A stretch of DNA of 64,000 nucleotides, taken from Phoronis australis. Taxonomy: Eukaryota > Animalia > Phoronida. The notes under the pieces are model-generated. The model saw nothing but the letters and a program-made list of their open reading frames with translations. It ran no database searches and was not told the origin of the DNA. This document shows positions 50,120 to 61,719 of this stretch, piece by piece. Where the stretch lies: assembly GCA_002633005.1 (NCBI GenBank), contig NMRA01000449.1, positions 124,001 through 188,000 of the forward strand, given 5' to 3'. Position numbers and translations under genes: made by a program. Position 1 is the first letter of the stretch; every line of letters starts with the position of its first letter.

Positions 50120-50630
50120 GTGGACTTGGAGGTCTAAATAGCATCCTCTCTCAATGACTCCAAAACGAAGCAATACTAAAACCGAGACGGTACTGCAGGT
50201 TAAATGCATTGCAGCGAAACGGAAATCGGTGTCATTGATTTCTCATATTCTGCGATGTTTGGGTTCCTTCCGTTTATAAGTAAGGTAAAACTATTCATGT
50301 TGACTTCCGGATATGTCATTTTATCTGTCATACGGCCTTTTGTTATAAAGATTAAAACTATTTTTGAAGTATTAAATACCTCATCGATATTTGATCCGGC
50401 AACCTTTGCGTTCGCAATTAGGCAAGTAAAATCTAACCATGACCCCAGCAATGGCGGAATAGCAGCTGCAACCAATCCAATTACGCGTAAAAAGAATTCG
50501 ATGACCTCATCACATATCCCAACTTTCAACCGAACATTACCGCAAAGATATTCATTGTGTGACATACAAACAATCGTGACAAAGAAAACTTCACTTATTT
50601 CGAAGGAAAGGAACTTTCTTTCGAACTACT
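50120..50630 (-). pseudogene. Decayed TIR-domain-like coding sequence preceded by a membrane-exit motif
   Basis: FLVVRKKVPFLRNK*, then HDC/MSHNE (box1-like), AGSNIDEVFNTSKIVLIFITKGRMTDKMTYPEV (TIR betaC-alphaC pattern), and SFWSH* (box3 FW) after a stop. Several disruptions. Confidence 0.4.
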
Positions 50631-51408
50631 AAAAAACATTAAATTTAAAATTGGGTTTTAAGTTAAAGTGTCATTTTGAATAAAAAAATTCCTGTTGCAT
50701 CTGAAAACTGCGTTATTGCATATGAATTTGCATGTCGAACACATAAGCTGAACATTGAGTGAATGGCTTTCCATGCCGGTGACGATGGCACATGCTTGTT
50801 TTGATTGATTGTAACCCAGAGAAGTGATAGTTTCGGCATTTTGAAGAGCATTAACTGTCTTACCTGTGCCAACATCATCATACCTTGAAGTAAACTTGAC
50901 TTTCAAACAAAAAACGACTTCAGGCTTGAATATGCTTCTTCAATGTTGGAGTCGTCAACTAGGAATAGACATTTTTTAACGTAAACCATCCAGAGAATAT
51001 TGGGCACTCGTCTGAAGTTTAGTCGCACAAATTAGAATGGAAAATGTCATAAATAAGTTCCAGTAGTTCCAGTTCAATTTCGAATGCAAAGATTAGACCC
51101 CGGGTACTGAACTTCGCAACGATAGTGTAGACAACTGATTCAGTCGGCACCTGTGTGTGTTGACAAACAATCGATTTTGCGTAATAAGCGGTAGATTTGA
51201 TTCCAAAAGAACCGTTTTTTTATAAAAAGCAACAACTATTGCCATGAAATGAAAATTATTTGACACTCGCACATATTTTTCTGCATACATGGAACGAATT
51301 TTTAAGAAAGCAAATTTTGTCAAATAGAGTTACGCGTAACCTTAAAGCGGTTATTAATTCCCTTTGTATTCATTATGATGGAATGCACATAATGTTTCGG
51401 GGTGTACC

Positions 51409-51499
51409 ATTGTGTATATTTTGAGACATTATGTCCATTTTGAATCATAGTGTCCATTTTGAGTCATTATGTACATTTTGATCTATTGTGTCCATTTTT
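51409..51499 (+). repeat. 19-bp minisatellite (~5 units)
   Basis: CATTATGTCCATTTTGA(A/G)(T/A)-type units. A related 3-unit array lies at ~51656-51712. Confidence 0.8.
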
Positions 51500-53117
51500 A
51501 CTTGTTTAGGTAATTTGTTAACTCGGTTTCCATCCAATAGTTGAGGTTTAATGACAATTAGTATTTCTCAAATATGATTTAAAACAACCCAGAATATCCA
51601 TTTCCACCGATCATGGATCATTATGACAAGATGGAGATAATGCGTCGGAGTGTCCTGACTCATTATGTCTGTTTTGACTCGTTATGTCTGTGTTGACTTT
51701 TATGTCAGTTTTCATCTTTTAAGTAAAGTTTACCATTTAAACAGGAAACCAACCACTTTTGCAGTTACCTTTAGGAATAAATACTGTTTCCTGATCATCG
51801 TAGAGAGAAAGTTTGTTCCTGTTCATTGTTTTTACTTTGGCGTGTAGTCACAGTCCATGAAAAATGATTTCACAGCCCAGCAAAAGACCCGCGTCTTAGT
51901 TTTGTATGCCCTTTTGTTGTGCACAAACGACATAGGCTGTGTTAAATAACGTAAAGGACATTGTGTTTGCACATTGAAAGTGAATGCAAAATCAAGATGC
52001 GGGCCTGTTGCTGGGCCGTTCACGTCCGCATGTCTGGAGAGCATTAATTAACCTAGAAAACTGCGTCTTCATGGCAACAATGCATTTGTTACAGCTCATT
52101 ATGCCGGCTCGTAAAGGCGGTCGTTATGTCTGAATGTGAGAAGTTATCAACTCAATGTCAATCAACTCGTGTAAAAAACAAGTGTAGCGTAGCCTTTGCA
52201 ATAATGTGACAACGACTGTCTTAGCCGGCTGTGACAAGACTTACGAGATTTGGTACAACGGGCCTATGGTGCTTCAGTTTACATTGTAGAAAAAAGTTAA
52301 AAGATACCAACTCTTGGCGCATTGGCAGGTTGCATAAACACTTCGTTTACACAATTTATGGTTTGCGAAGTTGCCAAACTGTCCTATCCTACAAATGCCA
52401 TCGTTTGTGCATTGCACAAATTGTAGCAAATCACAGCGCACTTGGGTGTAGTTACTACACGTAATTCCCCGTTTGGCTGTTATACGTTCTGCCACAAACC
52501 GCAAAAAATTACGACAGTTTACTTTGAAGGTCTTGTCATGACAAACTGTTGAATTTGAGGATTGTGACAGTCTACAGGTGATGCTGCTTCATGTTTTACA
52601 GACCACTAGAACCTATGAATGAAGTTTTCGTCCTTCTGCTCTATTACTAAGGCGAGCAAGTTAACAAGACATGTCCCGCGAGCCGGTGCGCGCGTTGTCA
52701 TGGTGATTTTTGAAATAGGAAGAGCGTTTTTAAAACAAGTGTCAAATATACAAACGTGGTGATACTTTCAATTTCTAAACTTATTACTGAATACATTTCT
52801 TAACTCCCAAAATTTTCTCACTTTTTCGCGATAATTTCTTAACATGCTTTGAAAATTAGCCGTGCTTGATATTGAAATACGTTTTTAAGTTGTAAACGCA
52901 TTGCTAAACAAATTTCTAAACACCAAAATGTCCTCACTTTTTATACCAAAATTTAAAAAGGTATTAAAATGAACACGCGGTAAAGATTTAAACGTGCAAA
53001 TGCATTTTATTTCTGAAAGTATTGCATGTTGCGATATTTCTATGTACTAAAATGTTCTCATTTTTATGCCAAACTTTCTCACCATGTTGAATAAACAATA
53101 AAGCATATGCATACTAC

Positions 53118-53153
53118 CAGGAAGAGATAACCAGTCCTGGTTATCTCTTCCTG
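53118..53153. mobile_element. 36-bp perfect hairpin with a 7-bp flanking duplication (transposon footprint)
   Basis: ATACTAC-CAGGAAGAGATAACCAG-TC-CTGGTTATCTCTTCCTG-ATACTAC. Confidence 0.85.
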
Positions 53154-53483
53154 ATACTACCTAAATGCAGTCAACAACTTTATATATGACGACCATCAGC
53201 AGCAACAGAGTGAGCAGGGACATAACTGGTCATATTAATTAATACAATAGAGTTTCTCGACTGCTAGTTTGCTAAACTAGAAATAACACAATTTTTTAAC
53301 ATTTCATGTGTTCAAAACATCACCAAAGTATATTAAATGTCAAAGGTAACTAAAACAAAATTTCCGTACACCGATGAGATGTCAGTCTTTAAGGTTCTAA
53401 CGGCCTAAAGATCCGTTAAGTTTCATAGATTTAAGATATTTTAGTTATCTTCAGTGTATTTGGTTTTTAATTTTACCAAAAAG

Positions 53484-54290
53484 GCCCTAGTGACGTTTTT
53501 GCATCCTCAATTGAAGGTTCAAATCACCTTTCAGGGTTTTGTGAAATTTGGCCGGTGTACTCCTATCTGACCGTGGCAACTGATGACAACTTCGTTCGAA
53601 CAGATTCGAATACCGTTGTCCCTTGCATTGGTTATTCTATCGTTACGTTTAAAGGTTTATGTTAAGGAGACAGCTTTGCCATCTCATTTTGATCGGGTTC
53701 GACGTATTTTGCGCCACCCAGTGGTTGCTTTTATGATATTTATACAACGCCCGTAGAACCGTGCCGCATGCTGTGTAGTCGTCACTCTTGTTAACCTATG
53801 GAACGGTCGTTCTATTGTGAGTCAACTTTGAAGAATGCACAAATTGTTTCATGTTTCGAATGTCCAAGTACTTCTATTGTATTTTTCAAATTGTAATTAA
53901 ACTGTTCAACTTTTCCAAATTCGTTTTTAAATGAGTACACCGCGCATTATAATAATAATTTATGAATTAATGGGCAGCATTTGAATAACTCATCACTCAA
54001 TTTCAATGGGATTTTTGTTGTTGCAACAAATGAAACTATAGAATAACCGTTTTGAGGTTCCACTACATTAATTTATGTTGCCGGGAACGTAAAACTTTAA
54101 ATTTAGGCGATGAAAGTCAGGGTCAACCTGGTTTGGTGTCAACAGTGTTGATAGAGTAAATTCCAGGCATACACGTGACGTCTGGTTGACACTTGTCCAA
54201 TGGATCAACCGAACTACAATTTAGACGTATCTTTAACGAGTTTTTTTTCTACAGATATTTCTTTTGGCAAACATTCAGGATCTAATACTC
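53484..54290 (+). repeat. ~800-bp repeat, uninterrupted copy
   Basis: Colinear with 57544-57797 joined to 58705-59240 (e.g. GTCAACTTTGAAGAATGCACAAAT; GACACTTGTCCAATGGA). Confidence 0.85.
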
Positions 54291-55780
54291 TAAGTTTTGA
54301 TATGGCATTTGACAAGTATTGCAAATTTTCTAGAATATTGAGCATCTGATTTATTGTATTAATTTTAAATTCTTAAAGGAATTTAATTCTAATGAAATTG
54401 CAAAATTGTTGCATTCACCTATCGTATATGTTGACCAGGCAATTCGACATGCGGGGATAAGAACTAACTTCATGAATAACCTGAACAAATTCTGGTCCAT
54501 ACTACTCCGGAGCTTTCATGCATTGGTAGCATAACTTTACTACCAAACGCAGTTTTCGTCATACACTCGCTATTTTAAGAGCATTCTGTATTATTTGTTT
54601 GTTTGTGATGTTCAGAGGGCGCAATGTAAAAACCGACATATTAACTTTAAAAATTTTGCACCTCGCCTTTTCCCATTCGATTTGTTACTTTGTTGGGTTT
54701 TTGTGTTGGGGGGTTTTTGCTTGTTGCGGCACCCGTGTTTTCCGTTCGACTAGGAAAGTTATCAGGTGCTATGGCGGACTCTTCATCTTCATGTATCCTC
54801 GTAGACTCAGATGTCACTTTTTCAATCAAGGTGTCCCGTTTATTCATTCTCGAATTATGGCAGGTGTGCCTATAAATGTTACTAAAGCTGCCCTCTACTT
54901 CGAATGTTCACTACACGGAAACCATATAAAATTTTCGGTGCAAGTATATTTTTATTATGCCAAAATACACGACATTTCGGTTACTAGAAGTGAGTACGTC
55001 TTGTATTTGATAGTAATCATTAGGGGATATTAATGAAGTATCAACCACCATAGATTAACCAAATCGATGTCCCGGTCACACCATTTCAAAGCGTAACGGA
55101 ACAAATGTCTGCTGCGTCTTTACCTCACCCACCACCGGAACCTCGCGCACTACACGTGGTTGCTCCTGTCCCTACCAAGTCAGGGAGTCCTATCGAGTCG
55201 TCTCGAATTCAAAGCCGCGGCCCGCATGGCGTAACAGTTGCCCTAGATTTTGTCCCCGCTTAAGAATGAAGCGTTTTAGATTCAAGAATCGCAGTTGTTA
55301 GACATTGGACTCCGAGCTCATTTGCAAGGCATGTCTTAAAGATACACTCTTCATTTCATTTTTCATATTTCATTAATACCTTTCGACTGACAAAACGCAC
55401 TCCGAGTGTGTTCTGAATCGGCGAATCCAAAGGAAAGAGCATCTTTAAGAACCATTCCACTTTTGCACACCATCACAGTAGCCACTCACGTGACACTAAA
55501 TGCAATGCTCTATGCATCACTGTGCAAAATAGGACAACGATGAGAGATGACAGATGGTACTAATTTTGGAGATATAGCCAGTGTTTCACCCAAGCATGGT
55601 GATGGAGCAGCATGCAATGCCTTGGTTCAAGCTCCCATTCACCTGGTGGTGTATATTTTACAATATTTAAAACAAATGTGACTTCCTTCTTCGGTGACAG
55701 GCTGGTGGCACAGTAGTTTTTAAAAAACATATAAGCTATAGTCCTGCATATGAGCACAGTCCTAGAAACCGACAGTCAAA

Positions 55781-55846
55781 CCCGGATTTGAACCCAGGTA
55801 TCCCAATCAGGAGTCCGGGGCTCAAACCACTGAGACATACTGGCGC
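55781..55846 (-). mobile_element. tRNA-derived SINE head
   Basis: Reverse complement reads GCCAGTATGTCTCAGTGGTTTGAGC...CCTGGGTTCAAATCC, with A and B boxes. Confidence 0.55.
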
Positions 55847-56127
55847 AGTAGTAAAGCAATTGTTTGCGAACTGGAACATCCCGGGATAGAATCACAATGA
55901 GATCTCGGCAACATCTTCATTAAAGTTTTTAGAAGGAATTGAAACAGCTTTACCAAAGCAGCAGTTACGTTGAAGTCATGAGCGTATTGCCGACTCCTCC
56001 TAACCGTGGAATTTATATGAACTTCAGAACAAATCCAAGTCACATGAAAAAATTCTAGACTGAACGACCAACTCCACGAGACAACTTAATGAACTGATTG
56101 AAATTACATGTAGAAACTACAACGTAT

Positions 56128-56260
56128 CAGTGGCGACCATGGCACCCTAGAATTCTTCCACATTCCATTTGGCAGTTCAGAGGTGAGAATGTCTGAAGGG
56201 CAAAATCCTGTCTAATACTCTGTCTTGGCCCCCTAACTAAAAATCCTGGATCCGCCCCTG
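56128..56260 (+). mobile_element. hAT-like MITE, same family as 41405
   Basis: CAGTGGCG...CTAATACTCTG...AAAATCCTGGATCCGCCCCTG. Confidence 0.75.
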
Positions 56261-57797
56261 GTTATGAACGTTAATCTAATAGCTAAGACCGGACCTTCCA
56301 GATAAAACGAGCTCCTGTGCTATCCTGGTCAACCTGCAAGTACATGTACTTCTAACGAATTTCCACTGTGTTCAGTATAATAATTATGCAACATGAAAGA
56401 ACCCCGAAATCTCACACCACATGAATAAAGGCTGGATATGCGGGATACGTACTAGTACATAGCTATGCCACTGTTGGTTGTGACTGCCTGATTACAATAG
56501 AGTGGTGATGACAGCAACGTTAATTTTACGCTCACTTGCGCGAGACCCGATGGAGGAAGAGTGAGCTAGGGTGCTGCGGTTTTCGACAAAACAAACCTCT
56601 GGAGTTAGTGTCAGGATTGTCGTTATTGAAATGACTGGAGCAACATATGTGACGTAAGGATAGTTTAAAGAAGGTGAGTTAGAAGAGTCTGGTTAGTGAA
56701 TTACTGTACAATACAGTGTACATCCCTGCTTCTAGCTGGACACGCTAAGCAGTGAGTTTAGCTGACATTGTCTTGACTTCACACATACAGCTTCCAAACA
56801 CAAAATAAATATAGTTTTATGAGTAAACAAAACTTATTTTCATTCGTAACTAACCCACTAACCCCATGTACCCCCCTCCCCAAGGTAAAGCACCTAGCCA
56901 GCTTGCGTAGTCTTGGCTTAGTAAACGCTATTCTCATGGTATGTTCACGGTTTCACGTCTGATTCTCCAAAGATTGTTCAGCCTAAATATCGCCCTGGTC
57001 ATGCAGTACGTATTTGATATGCGATTATAGTCAAATTGAGGAAACGGTGCAAAATGATTTTTGTGAGTTTTTTTGTGTTCTGGACAACCTAGTGGAAATT
57101 TTTATTATTATGGTGCCTGTTTTCGCGCTTGCTTTTCTTTCTCCCAAACATTGTCTTATGCACCATTATGAAAATTTGCATATGTGTGCTTTCCGAGAAA
57201 ACTATTGCTTGTCTTAACTTTCGAACGAGCCCGACTATTGCACTGCGTGTGGCAATTTTGATTTTTGCGTCCGCTCGCAAGATATTTCTGAAATTTGGCA
57301 AGAGCTATCTTATAAACGTGGCAAACAGGATCGCAGAGACTTTCGGACACATCCGATTTCCGCCCAGCTGCCTAGAGGCAATGGTGCTTTTTATGTTTAC
57401 CTAGGTATCTTCAGAATTCCTTGATAGATTTTCTTGACATTTTGCAAGTACTGTAGGTTTCTATTCAGAAGACTATCATATTTTTTCTTACTTAAACAGC
57501 ACGACAGGCGTTGATTTACGGACGGGTCTGACTACTGTGGCACGCCCTAGTGGCAGTTTTTGCATCCATAGCTTATGTCAAAAGCACCTCGTAGGTTTTA
57601 CTGAAATTTGACCAATGCATTCCTATTTGAACGTGGCAACTAGTGAACAACTTCTTTCGGACGGCCTCGCATTGGTAATTCTGTTTGGCCCTCTTTTTGG
57701 CGCTCATGGTTTACGCTAAGGCGTCGTCGAGGTCATCTCGGTTTTGATCGAGTTCGACGTATTCTGCTCCACCCAGTGGATGGTTTTATGATATTAA

Positions 57798-58700
57798 AAA
57801 GTTCCCACCACGCATTTTTTGTTTTTGAGGTTTCAGTTAGCTAATATGAAATGAATACCATAAAGTCTTACTAAATAGGCAATTTTTATGCCAAATAGCC
57901 TGTTCTTTAATTTTGGGGGAAATTTAATTATTTCCAAGTTCCTTGCCAAATGATGAAATGGGTGGAACACAGCGGATCAGAAGACAAGGACGATTTTGGG
58001 CGAGAGCTGGACAACTGTTATGCAAAAGAGACACTTAATAATCACTGACAAATGCCACAGTAAACCTGGACTACTCATATTCGCTATTGCCATGATGGAA
58101 TGGGCACGGTCTAAACACAATGCATATTAGCCTACGTGTTGTGGCCATCTGGGCCGGGAATGAGGGCCTGGCATCACTCGCCCCAGAGTGGAAGCAGTCT
58201 GTCCGTTATTTATAAAGTTTGCAAATGCACTTACAATGTGGTGAGTCCTTCATCGTAACGCCTTTCTTGTGTTTGGTCGAAACACTTTCCCTTGAAATTT
58301 GCCGAGCAAAGTGTGGCTCCCAACTGAATCGCATGTTCTACGCTGACATTCCACTCTCGTTCGGCTCACAAACTGATGCCATTTCTGGGCAACTTTCACG
58401 CATTTGGGAAATTTGAACACAGAGACGTTCTCAGTCAAGTTGCTGTTACTACAGCCTCCACAAACGCACCTTTCCATGTCTGAAAAAGGTGGCTCTCCGT
58501 GGACTTTCCTCGCAACTCTTCAGACTGAGTATGGTAATTGTAAAAACAACAATGGCGGAGACCATTACGTGAAACCCTGATAACAGAAAAATATATTTTA
58601 AATATGTTTCGCTTGTTTCTCAACAACAGGTATTCTAAATGCTATTACGATGTATTAATAAAATAATTCTTTTGATACACAGGGCCATGGTGAGTTCTCT
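57798..58700 (-). mobile_element. ~900-bp Kolobok-like insertion carrying a THAP gene fragment
   Basis: Absent from the paralogous empty site at ~53738. Flanks are TTAA and ATAA, with degenerate TIRs AAAGTTCCCACCA / TGGTGAGTTCTCT. Confidence 0.7.
58234..58477 (-). pseudogene. Frameshifted THAP zinc-finger exon
   Basis: MERCVCGGCSNSNLTENVSVFKFPK...KWHQFVSRTR, then after a frameshift ATLCSANFKGKCFD (the canonical LCSxHF has H replaced by N). Ends at a |gtaagt donor. Confidence 0.8.
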
Positions 58701-61700
58701 ATAATATAACGCCCATAGAAGCACACCGTGTGCAGTGCACTCTTGTTAATCAATTGAAAACTTTTATTGTGTGTCAACTTTGAAGAATGCACAAATCGCT
58801 TCACTTTTCGAGTATCCAGGTACTTCTATTGTATTTTTTAAAAATTTAATTAAAATGTTTCAACTTTACCAAATTAGTTTTTAAATTTGTACACCACGCA
58901 TCATAGTAGTACTTTGTGAATTAATGGGCAGCATTCAACTAACTGAACTCCCTATTTCACCGCGACTGCTTGTTGTCGCAACAAATAACAAAGAATAAAA
59001 TACTGTAACTGCTTTGAGGCTCCACTATATTCATTTATGTCACTGGAAACATCACATTTTAATTAGGCGCTGAATACCAAAGGTCAGTCTAGTTTGGTAT
59101 CAACAGTTGACAGGGTAAATGCCAGGAATACGCGTGACTTGTGGTCGACACTTGTCCAATGGACCAACTGAACCGCAATTTAGACGCATCTCTATTTTTT
59201 CCACAAATATTCTTTTTGGCAAGCATTCAGGACCTAATTTTCATTATACATTTGAAATACATATATTTACAAAATTGTGAATTTTTAAAATTCAACTACA
59301 GATGGACCCGTTATTGATAAAAGAGAAAACAAACTGGCTTTACTCTGAGTGAATGTGTGAATGAATGAGGTCATGGAAACCGAAAGATTACGCCGGTCTT
59401 GTGTTATTCTCGCATGAATGAACGTATAGAGAATACTAAGAAATTTACGCTCAATCTTTATGTATATTTTCTGTCATCCCTGTCCTTCCGTCCGGCGTCC
59501 AGTGCTCTATGTACATAATCCTAGGATGTATGTTCATGACATGTGGCACTTACGTACCATTTATGGATGGGACATTTTCAGACGGGTCCGACTACCGATG
59601 TGTCGCCTAGTGACAATTTTAGATGTATACGTTTACTTCTTTACCTTCTGAGCTCCTTACAAATTTTCATGAATTTAGCAAATAGGTATCCATTTGTGAG
59701 GTGACACGACCTTTCCGTTTTCGGATAGAATCGAGATATGATGCGCCACTTGGTGGTCATTTTTGCTGTTTTCGCCTCTGTTTTTGGTGTCAACCTCTCA
59801 TTCAGCCATAACGTGATAATGAAAACTGGCATATATTTTCTTCCTGTAAAGTGGACGGCTTACAATGACTTTGAGACGACTCTGATTACTGTGGCGCCTC
59901 CAAGTGGCAGTTTTTTTGTCCTTGACTGTATATCCTAAGCCTTTTGCAGGATCTTTTTACAATTTTTGTCAATAATATTTATTTAAGTTGACAACGAACG
60001 ACGACGACGACTTTCGGACGGATTTGATGAACCATTGTGCCTCATAGTGGTAATTTTATTTTTTAATTTTCCTCAGTGTTTTCCAAGTTCTAGATTTTAC
60101 ATTTGGAAAATAGGTATCTCTTTTAAAAAGAAGCGATGACATTTTCAGATGAATTTGACGTAGTAGTGCACGCCACCTAGTGGCCATTATTATTCTGAAT
60201 TGAAAATTAGCCAACACAAGGTATCGCACGAAACGAAACAAGTCGCCCGGCGTTGATTAATTTCCGCATACATAGACCCTCGGCTTCTATTAAAAGGTGG
60301 TGTCTGTTAGAGGCTTCACGGTATTTAAGTTCAGGAATGTTAGAACAATACAGTATCTACTTATTGTATAAAAGTGTATTATTTTTTTCTATTGTAACCC
60401 ATTCCGCCTAAACGAAATTCTTAACTATAGTGGCTAAGGCTTAGAGGTGGCCGGGTCGATCCCGCCGAGACTCCGCGTAGCTCTAGATCTTAGATTCTTG
60501 GTAGAATTCAGAACTTCTCGAAAAAAAAATTCTCCCAATCCTGTGTCTTGGACACATGCTGGCGGACATGTCACATACACTGGGTGTTAGCAAGTCGTTC
60601 TTACGTATGTACGTCGTTCTAACGTTGGAGTATACTCGGGACGCGTTTGGGCGTAGTGCACTTCTATCTGCTCTCAATCATTTTGCGTCCAGTTCTTGAC
60701 GATGTGCTTCGTCAGATTCTTCCCTGAGGTCTAATTCTTTTTTGCTATGGTTTCCAGTTAATCGTTTACGAGTTAAAAATGTAGTGCTGTTATTCCGTCA
60801 TTGTGAGCTCCAAACCCCCGCCGTCGTAGGCAGACACTTGTACTTTGTGGGTTGTACTACCGCAAACGCCTTTTTAGGATGATGGTGCATGAGATAGACT
60901 TCTTAACTTTGGACAGAGCTATAAAACAACACAGTCAGCTCTACTTTCATGATTTATTAAAAATTTTCAATTCTCGTCGTTTTTTACCAAACATTCGCTG
61001 GAATCGAGGTCGCTCTTTACCATTTTTAGAGTTTTATTTTAAAATACTCTGCCGTATAACGCGTGAGGGTTTGGCTGCTGCTGCGGGAGTTAGTGCGTTC
61101 CATTCTACACTACTGCTAATATCTGCATTATCACTTTTCTCATCGAAAATATCTTTTTAAACCATTCGGGATAAATAGCAATACTGTCGGAAATATTCAA
61201 CCAGTCTTATAAAATGGACGGTGCACATTTTCCGGGTTTTCCTGCTATGAAAAACAACGCCAATCGAAATGTTCGTCTCATTCCTGTTGTGACCTTGACT
61301 TGGCCTCGTGGTTCAGTTATCTAAAGAGCCGAGTCCAGTTCACAAAAATCAAAATGTCGTCAACACCTATTGTCCATTGTCGTATCATTGTCGGCAGTGA
61401 CAACCGCTTGGAGCTCAACAAAATAACATTGAGAACAAATGTCGCAATTCGTTTTGGTACACCGACGCAATCTTAAGCGTGTTCGCAAAACAACTGACAA
61501 AACGAAGAAGTATTCTTAGTGAAAAATCCCAGCCTTCTTGTCATAATAGGGCGGTCTAATCGATGTAGGCCTACATGTACCTTGTACGGCCAATACTCGG
61601 CAGTGAGGTTGCCGCTCGCATCCCTGAAATACATCATTGTTTCGTCTCACTTTACCCTCGACCGTGGCTAAGGAAATTACGAATGTGTTTCAATTTGTTT

Positions 61701-61719
61701 CAGAATATTTACTTGAAGA

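Larger units (their letters stand above)
57220..60195 (+). repeat. Array of diverged ~300-bp repeat units (starts ~57220, ~57520, ~59580, ~59875), interrupted by insertions
   Basis: Recurrent unit start GACG(G/A)(G/C)TC(T/C)GA(C/T)TAC-TG..CGCC..AGTGGCAG-TTTT and unit end GCGCCAC.(A/T)GTGG. Confidence 0.65.

Noticed and set aside
50204-50632. 142-aa hydrophobic ORF on the + strand
   Set aside because: Probably the antisense shadow of the TIR-like frame on the minus strand; it has no motif of its own.
51409-51712. CRISPR-like array
   Set aside because: Contiguous 19-bp tandem units with no unique spacers, no cas genes, and a eukaryotic context.
54647-55243. Possible two-exon 3' end of a minus-strand gene
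   Set aside because: Splice-like sites exist, but the upstream exon has stops in the frames examined and no homology is recognisable.
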